From the NCBI RefSeq assembly GCF_009914755.1, contig NC_060927.1: DNA of 64,000 nt; one strand, 5' to 3'. Each line of letters opens with the position of its first letter. Position 1 is the stretch's first letter. The stretch is from the human T2T-CHM13v2.0 reference genome, Homo sapiens. This document shows positions 45,765 through 61,465 of this stretch, in pieces. The notes beneath the pieces are model-generated. The model was not told where the DNA came from and did no database searches. It saw only the letters and a program-made list of their open reading frames with translations. A program made the position numbers and the translations under genes.

Positions 45765-46523
45765 ATACTTCACATACAATTTGCCTGTCTTCTTGGAAAA
45801 CCTTGGCAGCCCAGAGGCCTGCAGTTGGAGGAACCATGTTACTCATTCATTCATTCATTCTCCTTCAACTGCACTCCCCACCCCATGAATATCTCACCAG
45901 CCACTGCTGATGGGACCAGCTGTTAGTATCAGAACTCAAATCTGGCCCATATATAAAGTAACTTTACTTGTTTTTGATTTTCAATTTTTCTTGGAAACTG
46001 GCCTCAGAAAATGAATCATATTACTGTGCAGGCCAAGTATACTCAAGGGTACAGATTTCTCTTCCGAGGGTTGCAATATTGGACCACTTTCAAAGAGAAA
46101 CAAAGGCAAAAGACCATGTAGCTTCAGAAAGAGAAAGATATCCATTTTTCTAGATCCGAAGACTTTCTTATACTCAGGTTCAATCTGCACAAAGCTCACC
46201 TCTACTTTCTGTCTTGGATTTCTCTGCTTTGAGCAACACTTATCTTCCCTTTCTGTTGAGCTATTTTCAGTGTATTTTTGTACCTTGCAAGTAATGACTA
46301 AATGGGGTACAAGGTAGGAAAAGAGGTAAGAGGTTTTATGTGAATTGTGGAAAGATGGATGGAGTTTCACAAAAAAGCATCAAAAAATTGGAGAGGAAGA
46401 CAAAAAAGAAAAAGAATTAAAGAGAAGGAAACACTCCTCACACAGGTAAGCTTTGTCCTATATTGCAAAGTTCACTAAGAAAATACTGCAAATTTTTAAA
46501 AATATTTTATTTAACTTATTATT

Positions 46524-46550
46524 ATTATTATTTGAGATGGAGTTTCGCTC
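46524..46550 (-). mobile_element. Ultra-short Alu (last ~18 nt plus tail) with TSD
   Basis: tgagatggagtttcgctc flanked by aacttattatt at 46513-46523 and 46551-46561. Confidence 0.7.
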
Positions 46551-46705
46551 AACTTATTATTTTTAAAGCAGGTAGTTTGAAAACAAACTGCAAAATGTAG
46601 TCTTTTCACTGTGGGCAGCACCTTATATCTCAGTTTAATTTTTTTAGCTTTGCTGGGCAGCCAGAAATTTGAGCAGAGTTTATATTCAGAATCTGAGGCT
46701 CCCTC

Positions 46706-47353
46706 GGATATGGTTAGGCTTTGTGTCCCCACCCAAATCAAGTCTATAAGGGAACACATTACAATGTCAAGTATATCATGACCTCTGAAATCAATAATTG
46801 GTGATTGGTAATTATAATGGTACAGCACTTAATAACAGTAGCTAAATTATTTTCATGGTGAGTGCACTACTAGACTTGTTAAGCCAAAAGTATTCTCTGT
46901 TTTAAAAACACTTTTATTTTAGGTTGGGTGATACATGTGAAGGTTTGTTGCACAGGTAAATTTGTGTTGCAGGAGTTTGTTGTACAGATTATTTCATCAG
47001 CCGAGTACCCAAATCTTATCTTGCGTTGTATTCCCCAGGTGTTGTGGGAGACACCTGATGAGAGGTGACTGGATCACGGGGCCAGTTTCCCCCATGCTGT
47101 TCTCAGGATACTGCGTGAGTTCTCATGAGATCAGATGGATTTTTAAGGAGCTCTTCCCCCTTTGCTTCCTTCACACACTCTCTCCTCTGCCTTTTGAAGA
47201 AGGTCCTTGTTTCCCCTTCACCTTGCACCATGATTGGAAGTTTCCTGAGGCCTCCCCAGCTATGTGGAACTGTAAGTCAATTAATCCTCTCTTCTTTATA
47301 AGTTACCCAGTCTTGGGTATTTCTTTATAGTAGTGTGAGAATAGACTAATACA
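46706..47353 (+). mobile_element. THE1D/MSTA-like solo LTR containing a 267-bp insertion
   Basis: gatatggttaggctttgtgtccccacccaaatc...gactaataca; 5-bp TSD ccctc at 46701-46705 and 47354-47358. Confidence 0.88.
46905..47006 (-). mobile_element. L1PA15/16-like 3' end, inside the THE1 insertion
   Basis: acttttattttaggtt...tacatgtgaaggtttgtt.cacaggtaaa.ttgtgtt...tgtacagattatttcatc. Confidence 0.7.
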
Positions 47354-48284
47354 CCCTCTCTCTAGTTTTCTCCTTTTCTAGTATGTCCCCCCTTGATTTT
47401 CAGTGGTTGTGGTTGACTGATGAACTCTCTTTGCTGGTTAATCAAGCAAACTTGTAGGATTTTCATCAGTTTTTTTTTTTCTCTACAAGTACAAACTGGG
47501 GCCTCCCCCCAGGGTAGACATTTCAAAAACAGGAATCTCACCAGACTTCGTTCCCTTCGTCCATCTCCCCTCTAATCCTAAGTTAGAGTGTCATCTCCCT
47601 TCTAATTTCTGCCTGCTTTTTTTTTCACTCTCCAATGTCATAAGATGGTTGTTTTATATGTGGTTTTTCAATGGTTGATAGTTTTTATCAACCCTAGGAA
47701 GAGTGGTCTGATAAGAGCTATTTGGCCCTACTGGAAGCAGAATGCTTCTGCAAGACTTTTTATAGTCTAACTTTTTCAGTCTTAAGTCCTCTTTGTCTTA
47801 ACCTCTCAGACAGATGAAGTACCTCTTTAAGTAATCATTTCACAATGCATATAGACAAATAGAATATATTCTGAATTCATATGTGCCATTCTATTCCCTT
47901 TCTATAAAAATCAACTTGGCTAGCTAAATATGTGTAGCTCAATTGACATTGCATATTGCAGTGAAGAGTACTGGAGAGCCAAACAATGGGACAGGAGAAA
48001 TTTCTATTTGAATCTAACAAAGCCATACAATATGAATGCAATAAATTCAAGCTATGAGTCTGTAAAACAAAATTGACACATTTTAACAGACTATGGCCAA
48101 GGACATTCTATATACTCTTTGGCTGCTCTATATACATAGATCACCTCTGTATAAAGAATGAAGAAAATCATAACAAAAAATAAAATCCAAAATGAAACCT
48201 TTATTAATCAAGGACTCGGCAAAAAATAATAAATAAATAAGCTGGATACAAAAAAATAATTTATAAAGGTATAGATGGTGCAGA

Positions 48285-48640
48285 TCTCCAGGGTTAGCAA
48301 CCACAGGGAGTTGTTTCTGCCCCAAGTCTGAAAGGGCAAGGTCAAGGAACAGTTCTAGAAAGGATATCTATATGCAAAGGACCCCTCACAAGAGTCCTCC
48401 CAAGTCTCAAGGAGCTGGAAATAATAGATGAAGGGAAATAAACATTCTAATTTCATTCTCTTCCTGCCCTCCAGTCTCCTGCTGGTGCTTCCATTTGCTG
48501 AACTCAACTGGAAGCCAGAGGATTCTCCAGCTTGTTGGTGCAGTCCATGGATATTAGCCTCACAGGGCACACTGTGAGGGCACAAAGGATGGAAAAGAAT
48601 AAAGAGTGGCCTAGAGGGTCAAACAGAAAAAGACTCTAGT
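48285..48640. mobile_element. Ancient ERVL/MaLR-type LTR remnant (family uncertain)
   Basis: ccctccagtctcctgctggtgcttccatt.gctgaactcaactggaagccagag, a motif typical of old LTRs. Confidence 0.4.
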
Positions 48641-49318
48641 ACAGAACCCATGAAAAATTTACTGCAGATGAAAGGGAAGAAAACTTCACGCTAAAGCAAA
48701 AAAGAAGTACAGACTTCTGAAAAATATTTACTATAGGAACTAGAAGAGCATTTTAAAATAAGCTTGGTATTCTCAGTAGGATAAAAAAAAGAGCAAATCT
48801 CTATGAAACAGAAAGCTTATAAGGAGAAAAAAATATTCAGAGGTAGGTAAAGCTAGGTGAAATAATGACTCTTTTTTAAAAAATTAAAGATATAGAAGCA
48901 AAAGCAATAACCAGAAAAACTGACATGTTTGAAACTCAAATAAGTTCTAGTCAATATGGCAAATTAGCCAATGTAGAAGATCTTTCCTCCCACTTCAAAT
49001 GTAGAAATGATCCATGAACATTTTACTAATAAAATACAACAGTTAAAATTTAAATTCAAAGCCAAGCTTAAAACTAAAAATGAGATATCCCTGGTACTAG
49101 AAAATAAGAGAAAACTTAAAGCACTATTGAGTGAGAATGAAAACAAATGTCTTATAGAACATCCTAATTTGATATATCTCTAAATGCCTGGATTTTTGAC
49201 AACTTCAGTGAGATGCTTAGGGTGTCTATAGGCCTGGTGCATAGGAGATGAAAGTTTTATACATAAAGAGAAGAGATTTATACATAAAGAGAAGAATCTG
49301 CCAGAGTTATCCTGTCCA

Positions 49319-49707
49319 ATTAAGAAAATGTGCACATATACACCATGGAATACTATGCAGCCATAAAAAAGGATGAGTTCATGTCCTTTGTAGGGACATG
49401 GATGAAGCTGGAGAGCATCATTCTCAGCAAACTATCGCAAGGACAAAAAACCAAACACCGCATGTTCTCACTCGTAGGTGGGAATTGAACAATAAGAACA
49501 CTTGGACACAGGGAGGGGAACATCCCACACCAGGACCTGTCATGGGGTTGGGGGAGGGCGGAGGGATAACATTAGGAGATATACCTAATGTTAAATGGTG
49601 AGTTAATGGGTGCAGCACACCAACATGGTGCATGTATACATATATAACAAACCTGCATGTTGTGCACATGTACCCTAAAACTTAAAGTATAATAGTAATT
49701 AAAAAAA
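49319..49707 (+). mobile_element. 5'-truncated L1PA3-like 3' end
   Basis: ORF2 end, 3'UTR and taccctaaaacttaaagtataat tail; 16-bp TSD agagttatcctgtcca / agagctatcctgtcca. Confidence 0.93.
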
Positions 49708-52562
49708 AGAGCTATCCTGTCCATTTTAAAAGGCTGGAGAGACTGCCACTGGCTTTGGGTAAAAAGGTGTCTGATCTCTATGGATCTCTGGAAGAATAAC
49801 TGTAACCTGCAGGAAATAGAAAACACAAACTTGTGGAGGCCATGTCTGAATTTGCACATTTACCCAGTATGGGAAGCACAGAGCCAAGACATTTACCTAA
49901 AAGCTGGAAGGACAGTCTCACAACTCAGATCACTCAGTCTTCCTATTAAAAAATAACTCCCACGGATGAGCTCATAGTACAAATTCCAGCATGTACACAC
50001 AAAAAAACATTGCTTAGGCTGGAGTTTGCAGCTACAAAAATGGAAAAATTCATGTCCCATCAATCATTTTAGACAAATCTAAAAGAGATATTAAGAAACA
50101 GATGTAAAATATTCAGAGGTGAAAGTAACATAACCAAAATTTAAGAACAAACATAATAGGGAAAAGAGAAGAGTCAGATCTGAAGAAGAAAATGCAAATT
50201 CTAGAATTAAATAATATAGTTCATTTTCATTAAAAACTCAAAACTTTGGGCAGTTATGTTGAACTGGCCAAAGAGAAAATTGATAAAATGATTGATAAAT
50301 ATAAAGAAATTACTCAGAATACAGCATAGCCAAATAAAAGGGAAAGAAAATGTGAAAGTTAACATACAAAGAATTAGATGTTCCAACTTATTTCCAGTAC
50401 TATTGTAGAACTTCCAGAAAATGAGGGGAGGCCCTTAAAGCGATAATGTTGAAAAATGTTTTAGAGTTGAAGAGAGCATGAATACTCAGATTAAAAACAC
50501 CTGTCAAAGAGAGAAGATGGCTGACTAGATGCGGCTAGGATGTGCCTTTTTCATGGAGAAGAAACAAATTATCAAGTAAACCTTCATACTTTGAACACAT
50601 CTTTTGGGAGAAAACACTGACATTTAATAGAAAGGCAATGGAAGGCACCACGGTTGAAGAAGGAGGAAGTGTTTCTGCCTGCACAGCAACGCTGGGTATG
50701 ATGACCAGCCCCAAGACCCGGATCAGACCCAAGGAAGGGGTGAGTGAAAGAACCCTGGGGCACCACATTCCTGCCATGGACCTCTGAGATCCTAGCTACT
50801 AGAGTTCTCGTGACTCACAGGTCTTGGACTGGCAGGGGGAGCTACCTGAAGAATGTGCAAGACACTACCTAAGCCTATGTGGAACCCAAAATGTTCATAT
50901 GCCGGGCAGCTGCAGCAAAACACAATTCTGGGAGCCCACCCTCCAAGGCTCTGTGTCTTGCCCTAAGTGGCTGCAGCTCCTGCTGTCTCCTGGCCAGGAG
51001 AGAGCAGGGCTGTGGCATGCTCACACACCCAAGACAGGCCCCATGCCAATGCCTTGGGACTGGGGTGCATCTGAACCATGCACCCTCATGCCTGCCAGTT
51101 CTTCCTGAGACTGCCCACCTGGCTATACCCTCAGGAGAGGGCCCACAGTATAGCCTTCATTGCTCTGCCTGCGTGGTTTGTTGGTGGCCTAGGAGCAGTT
51201 CACAGGCGGTGCTTGATCCTGAGGGGCTGGAGGACAAATCTGCTGGCCTGATCCCAGTTCCCTGGAACTCAAGCATACCATCCAGGGGTATGCTGATGAA
51301 AACTGTGGCTTGATCTCAAATGGGGAAGTAACCCCACTGTCAGAACACAGAGTGTGGTGCAGGTTAATGTGGTGGCACTGGAACTGAGCACTGCTAATGT
51401 CATGGGACCTGGTTGAAAAAGGTGTGGCTTGATAGCTGTGGTTTCTGCTGCAGGGAGTCGGGTGGTCAAAATGCCTGGAATGGCAAGGTGATCTGGGTAC
51501 CGGTGGGTAGGGACTAGCCTAACTAGTCAGATCTGTTGCCATGGCTGGACACCAGGTGGAGGCTCACTAGGATGGGGATGTGGGAGCCGGGTGGGCCCCA
51601 TGGCTACCTGCTGGGGCCTCCCCTCTTCCCCTAAGCAAACTCTGTGGTATAGGAGATGCACCTCTGCCCCGCTTCAGGTGGCTGCTCCAGTGGCCTGAGA
51701 GATGCCCATGGACCCCTGCCAAGGTCAGAGCTTGCACCTGCCTCAAAGAGCCTGGTTGCAGGCTCTCCTGACTCAGCTCCACCTAGCTTTGCCCCCCTCC
51801 GGCTGCCTTGGTGATAGAGCATACAACTGTACCTCTGGGAACCCAATATCCTGCTCATTGCCAGGAACACTCTGGTACTTTTTCTGATTAACAAAAGCCA
51901 AGTAAAAAGTCAACTGTCATTACTGCAACCACCTCTCACCTGCAAACACTTACCTACTGGCCCAGAGATCAAACTGTGCAGTGCATCACAACTTCTATTG
52001 TCATGGAACAGTGTTCAGCCAGCTTAAGCCATAAGCACCACCTACTGGCCTGTAGGGTGAACTGCATAAATCAATGTAATTTCTCCTGGCCGATTTGCAC
52101 AGTGCTGGGGAATGAGATAAGCCTCCCAAGACGTCCACCTCCCCAACCCTGTAGGAGACAGTGAGCCTGACTACATGCACAGCACACCACAACTACAACC
52201 TACAGACAACTAGCATTTGAAAAAAACCACTACATTATTGCTATCAATAACCAAGGAATTCTTACAGAGCCTTGGTCCCCTAAAAGCAAATAGAAGCAAA
52301 GCCAAAGGACCCTACTCAACATATTCAACAGTCACACCCTCAAGGGGGAAGGAAAAAAATCCTGCAAAAAAGAAAGGAAATTCAAAAATAAGAAGTGACA
52401 GCTTCTACAGATGAGAAGAAAGCAGCACACAAACTCTAGCACCATAAAGAAACAGAATATTGTGACATCCCCCAGAGGACCACACTAGCTCTCTAGCAAT
52501 GGAACCTAACCAAAATGAAAACTTTGAAATGACAGATAAATAATTCAAAATATGGATTGTAG

Positions 52563-52943
<381 letters not shown>

Positions 52944-54735
52944 TAGGTATGTATTTATAATAAAACAGAACTTCTAGAAATGAAAAATGCACTGAAGGAA
53001 TTTCAAAGCACAGTTGAAAGCTTTAACAATAGACTAGACAAAGTAGAAGAAAGAACTGCAGAACCTGAAGACGAATCTTTTAAATTAAAAAAGTGAGACA
53101 AAAAAGTAATTTAAAAAAATTGAACAAAGCCTTACAGAAATATGGGATTATGTGAAGTGACCAGATCTACAATTTACAAGCATCTTTGAGGGAGAAGAAG
53201 AAAAAGTAAGAAGTTTTCAAGACATATTTTGAGGGAATAATGCAGGAAAATTTCCCTAATTTTGCCAGAGATGTAGACATATATATACAAGAAATTCAGA
53301 GAACACCTGGAAGATACTACACAAGATGATTATCCTGAAGGCATAAAGTCATCAGACTATCCAAGATAAATGTGAAAGAACAAATCTTAAAAGCCCTAGA
53401 GAGAAGCATCAGATCACCTATAAAGGGAATCCTATCAGACTAACAGCAGAATTCTCGGCAGAAATCTTACAAGCCAAAAGAGATTAGGAGCTTATTTTTA
53501 GTCTTCTTTAAAAGAAAAGCCATCCAAGAACTTTATATCTTGCCAAACTAAAGCTTAATAAATGAGGGAGAAATAAAATCTTTCCCCAACAAGTAAATGC
53601 TAAGGGAATTAATCACCACTAGACCAGAAATACAAGAAATACTCAAAGACGTTCTAAACATGGAAACAAAAGCACGATACTCACCATCATAAAAGTACAT
53701 GTAAGTAGAAAGCTCACAGATCCTACAAAGCAATTACACATTTGAAATTCTAAGAAACTAGGTAATGAAACTATGACTGGCACAAAACCTCACATATCAA
53801 TATTAACTTTAAACATAAATGGCCTAAATTCTACACTTAAAAGATAGACCAGCAAGTTGGATTAAAGAAACAAGATCCAACCAACTGCTGCCTACAAGAG
53901 ACCCCCCTAATGGCTAAAGACACAATGGCTGAATACAGACACAAATTAAAGGGAAGGGAAAAGACATATAACACAAATGGAAAACAAAAAGTGAGCAGCA
54001 GTAGCTATTCTTGTATTAGATAAAACAGACTTTAATCAACAACAGTAAAAAAAAAAAGATAAAAGAGAGCATTATATAATAATAAAGCAGTCAATATAAC
54101 AAGATGTAACTATCCTAACTATATATTCACCCAAGACCAGAGTATTCAAATTCATGATACAAATGTTAGTAAACTTAAGAAAAGAGATCAACAAACTTCA
54201 AAACCCCACTGACAATACTAGACAGGTCATTGAGGCAGAAAGTCAACAAAGAAACTCTGGACTTAAAATGGACTCTAGACCAAATAGACATTCACAGAAC
54301 ATTCTGCATTTCATATACATTTTTCTCATCTGCACATGGAACAATCTCGAAAGTTGATTATGTGCTTGGCCGTAAAACAAGTCTCAACAAATTCAAAAAA
54401 AATAATTGAAAGCATATCAAGTATCTTCTCAGAACACAGTGAAACAAAATTAGAAATCAATACCAAGAGGAATTCTCAAAACCACACAAGTACATAAAAA
54501 CTGAACAACTTACTCCTGAATGACTTTTGGGTAAACAATAATATTAAGGCAGAAATGAAAATTTTTTTGAAATAATTGAAAACAGACGGAACATATTAAA
54601 ATCTCTGGGATACAGCAAAAACAGGACTAAAATGAAAGTATATAGTGCTAAGAGCCTACATTAAAAATATAGAAAGATCTCAAATTAACAACCTAACATC
54701 ACACCTAAAGGAACTACACAAGAAAGAACAAACCA

Positions 54736-55042
<307 letters not shown>

Positions 55043-57810
55043 AAAGAACAAACCAAACCAAAACTAGCAGAAGAAAAGAAATAACAAAGATCACAGTAGA
55101 ACTAAATGAGAATCACACCAAAAGAAAAAAAAAGATACAAAGGATCGATAAAACAAGAAACTCGTCCTTTGAAAGAACAAACAAAATTGATAGACTGATA
55201 TGTATTAATAGTTTAAGAAAGAAAAAAAAAGAGAGAAGATTCAAATAAGCACAATCAGAAATAATAAAGGAGACACCACAACTCATACCACAGAAATACA
55301 AAAGATCATCAGAAATTACTGTGAAAATCTCTATGCAAACACACTAGAAAATCTAGAGGCAATGAATAAATTCCTGGAAACATACAACCTCCCGAGATTG
55401 AACCAGGAAAAAATAAAAATCCTGAACAGATCAATAGTGAGTTATGAAATTGAATCAGTAACAAACAAAATTCCAGTAAAAAAAAAAAAAAAAAAAAAAA
55501 GCCCAGGACCAGATGGATTCACAGCCAAATTTTACCAGACATACAAAGAGCTGGTACCAATCCTACTGAAATTATTCCTTCAGGCAAGCATACAACAAAA
55601 GATGAAAACTACAGGCTAATATCTCTCATGAACACAGATGCAAAAATCCTCAACAATATACTAGCAGACCAAATCCAACAGCACATCAAAAAGATAATTC
55701 ATCACAATCAAGTGGGTTTTATTCCAGGGATGCAAGGATGTTTCAACATTTGCAAATCAATAAATGTGATTTCTCACATAAACAGAATTTAAAACGAAAA
55801 ACACATGATCATCTCAATAGATGCAAAAAAAGCATTTGATAAAATACAACATCTCTTCACTAAAAACCCTAAACAAACTAGGCATTAAAGGAACATACAT
55901 CAAAATAGTAAGAGCCATCTATGACAAATCTACAGCCCAATTCATACTGAATGGGAAAAAGTTGAAAGCATTCTCATTAGAACTGGAACAAGACATAGAT
56001 GTCCACTCTCAGCACTAATATTCAACATAGTACTGAAAAGTCCTACCCAGAGCAATCAGGTAAGAGAAAGGGAAAAAAAGGCATCCAAATTGGATAATTA
56101 TCTGTTTGCTGATGAAATAATCTTATACCTAGAAAATCCTAAAGACTCCTCCTGACTTTGAGAAACAACTTCAGTAAAATTTAAGGATACAAAATTTTAC
56201 ACCATTTATATGTAAGCGTAAGATTGTATGTTGATATGCCTACAAACATTTCATAGTATGTTAATATTCCTCCAAGCACAACAATAAGCTGTTAGAAACA
56301 CATATAAAAAGTTGTTGAACCATAAATTTCCATATGAAATAATCAGTAGAATAAATTTAAAATAAAAAATATGCAAAACTTCAATGCAAGAAAAAGCATT
56401 CTGAAAGAAGTTATTTTCCAAATGATATATTTATAATAGCCAAACTCAATGAAATTGTAATCCATAAAGGTGTGAAGTGGGATATAGTACTAAATACACT
56501 AAAAAAGTAAAATATATAATATTTTTTAATCATTTGTGTGATTGTTTAAAGCATCTGTATTATGTCCCAACTTAAAGTACAGAAAAGTAAATTGAGTGGT
56601 TTTGCTAGTGTTATTTACTGATGCAATGATACTGCCTCCTCCAATGTAACCACAGTATTAAATGCTGTTCGTTGTGAATTGGGAGGGGAGTCAGAGGGGT
56701 TCTGACAGCAAACGACATGTTAAAATTGTAACGGTTGTATGCAACTGAATGAGAAGTTCTTTGATCTGTATTCAGAATTATAGCCCCACGTGAAAAAAAA
56801 AAAAAAAAGACTATACAGAGGAGTAAGAAAAGGGAGGAGATGAACTTCTACAGGAATGTCTCAGACAATACCTTCCCAAGTGATGTGGTGTTTTAAAAAC
56901 ATTAACACTAAGTTCATATAATTTTAATATAATTGACTTAATTATGTTAAAAGAATCCTTAGAAATTTATTTGTGTTTACATTATGGGAATCCTCATATA
57001 ATACATGGTCTGCTATTAAAATTCTGTCACATTTTATTTAAATTTCTTCAATAAAGTACAATTCATATTTTATTCTATATTTATTTCTGTACTTTTAATA
57101 TGTTAAGGAATATATTCCATATATTGATGAATGCCTCAAATTGAAAAACACAAAAGGTACTTCGTAAACTCTTAGCCTATTTCTTCTTTATAAACTCCTG
57201 GCTTACTCCTTTATCAACACTTAGTCTTTTCTCTGTATAACCTAACACAGAAAATTAACTACACTTTTATTAGCTCCTTTATCTTATTTAATGGCTGTTC
57301 TTCGGGAAGAAGAAAAGTCTATATTGTAAACTTTTAAAATGAAGTAATATAAAAGGGATGGAATATAAAGATACAGAATATATGTAACGTAGAAGATACG
57401 CAATTACAAGTAAAGCATGAAATTGTGTTTTAGTTGCTCAGTGGCTAGCCAAACAGTTTTCTAACACACATCAGAATTTTAAAGTTCAAAGAAAATCCAT
57501 GAATTGGCAGAACTAAATTCCTATTTGCCCTGCATTTCTTAGGTCCTAGAGCATACAGTAAATGTTGAATCTTCAAATATCAAAAATCTGTGTGTGGCTG
57601 AGTGTACTATACCATCGGGTAACAAACATTTTCTAAATAAATGTTCAAATAATAAATATATTCACTTGTTTATATAAACATAAATAAATGTACATATCAA
57701 TATGTATCTATCAATTTACATATGCTATATCTTCATATACAAGTATATATACATTTATTTATCTGATTTATTTAACAGATTTCCAAGCACTTTGAAATTT
57801 GCTGTTCTTC

Positions 57811-58866
<1,056 letters not shown>

Positions 58867-58874
58867 ACAATATA

Positions 58875-60100
58875 TTTAAATTAAAGTTTGTATTTTGAAA
58901 AAAAAATTATAGATTCATATGCAATTAGAATATAGAGAGATCTCTGTACCTTTTACCCAGTTTTCCACAATAGTAACATCCTGTTAAACTATAATACAAT
59001 ATCACAACCAAAATAATACATTAATATAATCAAGATACAGAACATTGTCATGGCAATAAAGATCTCTCATGCTGCACTTTTATAGCCACATCGTCTTTCT
59101 TCCCAACCAACAAACGTTCCTTCATCACTGGCAACCACTAATTTATTCTCCATTTCTTTAATTTTATTTTTTAAATGTTATATAAATGGAATTATACATG
59201 ATGCAAACTTTTGGGATTGACTTTTATCACTCAGCATAATTTTATGGAGTTGCATCCAGGTTATTTCATGTATCAGTAGCTCATTCCTTTTTATTATTGA
59301 GCAGTGTACCATGGTATGGATTATGAGAGTTTATTTAACCATTAACCTGTTGAAGGATTATCTGGGGTGTTTCCAGTTTGGGGCTGTAAATGTTTTTGTA
59401 TAGGCTTTGGTGTAAATGTAAGCCTTAATTTCTCTGTGATATATGTCCATGAGTGCAATTGCTAGATTCTATAATAGTTGCAAGCTTAAGATTCTAAGAA
59501 GCTGACAAAATGTTTCCAGAAGGGCTGTATCACTTTACATTTCCATCAGTAATGTATGAGTGATCCAGTTTCCCCACATCCTCACAAGCACTTGGTGTTC
59601 CTGTTATTTTTTATTTTAGTGATTCTGACAAATTTAGAGTGGTATTTCATTGGCTAATCATGTAGAACATCATTTTCTGTACTGATTTGCCATCTGTATA
59701 TCCTCATCAGTGAAATATTTTTATGGCTTTGCCCATTTTTTAGTTGGATTCTATTTTTACTGTTGAGTTTTGAGAATTATTTATATAGTGTAGGTACCAG
59801 TCCTTTGTTGGATATGTGACTTGTGAATATTTTCTCCCAGTTAGTGACTTCTTTTCTCTTATCAAGGTCTTTTGCAGAGCAAAAAATATATATATTATTT
59901 ATGAAATTCAATTTATCAGTTTTTTTTCTTTCATGGATTATTCCATTGGTTTCAAATCTAGAACACTTGTCTGAGCTTTCAATCTGGAACGCTTTCCCCT
60001 GTATTTCTTTCCTTAAAGTTTCATAGTTTTACATTTCACAATTAAGTGTGTGATTTATTTTAAGTTAATGTTTGTATAAGGTGTGAGAATTGGGTCAAGT
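58875..60100 (-). mobile_element. L1MC-like 3' end
   Basis: gagagatctctgtacc.tttacccagttt...ggcaaccactaat...tcactcagcataat...tttacatttccatcagtaatgtatgagtgatccagtt. Confidence 0.8.
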
Positions 60101-61214
60101 CATGGTCTGTCTGACATGGTTTGATCATAGAGAACACATGCTGGTTTGCAGAGAACTCTGTTTCCTTTCTAAGAGCTCACAAGCTGTCATTTGATTAATC
60201 CATTGCAGCATCTTCCAAAAAATTGTGGTGAAGTTTTTGTTTGTTAGTGTGTGGAATCCAACTTCTTCATGGTTTCAAAATTTTGATTTTTTGCTACTGT
60301 TTCCCATGACTTTTCAGAATGATTTTGTGATTTCCATCTCCACAGCTTACCATGAAAACAGAGATCTAAACCTGAGACCTAAAGTTGTTCAACACAGATG
60401 TTTGCTTGATTTCTAGATCTTTATATATCTTGGGCCTCAATTCCTTCTCAACTATATAGTTTTTGATTTATAGTTTTTACATTATTCTGATCAATAAAAT
60501 GAAAGCAGACCAAATAGCCTCTGCTTTCTTTAAGGAGGTCTGCTTTATCTCAGAAATTTGTTAGTATTTGTTCCCCGGCATTTTGTGGAGTTTGAGGTTT
60601 GTAATGCAGTGGGGGAAATGTGGGGCAAATAATGTGTGGAGTAGATGATTTATAAAGTTAGCATTCCAGATGAGACAGAGAATAAAGTTTGATTTATTAG
60701 AGTAGTTGAAAGACAGTTTCACTAATTGCCATGTGGGAGAGAGCAGAAAGTAGAACACCTGGCAACTGCAAGCTTCTCGCGATACCATGTAAGCTCCGTG
60801 GACTGTTCCAGTTGATCTTGGCTCATCCTGAAGAAAGCGGATGAACTCGGAATGTAGACATTCTGTGTACTCCCAGGACCCAATTTTACCCAGAATATCT
60901 AAATTTAATGTTGTCTCACTTTCTGAGAGCACCAAAGCAGCCACAGTCCTAGGAGAAGGAGGGAAATGAATAAATGGATGTGCACCCAGACTCACAACTT
61001 GATTTGTTAAGACATTCTGGTCGTAGGGCCAATTCTGTGTCCATCAATATATAGGAAAGTCTGCATCATACTGATGTCCACTGATGAATGACTGTATTTA
61101 GCAATGAGTTTCAAAGTTTCTTCCCCTTACTTCTGTTATCACAGATATTATCAAGTAGGAAATAAACTGATTAGTTTCTGTTCTCTCCTTTCTTATGCTA
61201 GTTAAACCTTGAAA

Positions 61215-61465
61215 GGAGAACTAATATTTACAGTATACCAACAGTATGCTAAATACTATATAAATACACATGTACATCTCTTTGTAAGTTATATAAGTGT
61301 TTAATCCTTATGAGAATATGATAAGACATTTATTTTTATTTTCCTTTCCAAGATAAAGAAACTGAAATCCTTGAGATAAGTAAGCTGGTCATGCCCACAA
61401 TACTAACAAGTAGCAGAGCTGGGATTGAAACCGGGTATACTGAATTCAAATATGTTCTCTTCACT
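61215..61465 (-). mobile_element. MIR
   Basis: agataaagaaactga...aagtagcagagctgggattgaaacc. Confidence 0.65.

Noticed and set aside
50535-52414. Cluster of overlapping ORFs on both strands
   Set aside because: They fall in the GC-rich L1 5'UTR, where stop codons are sparse.
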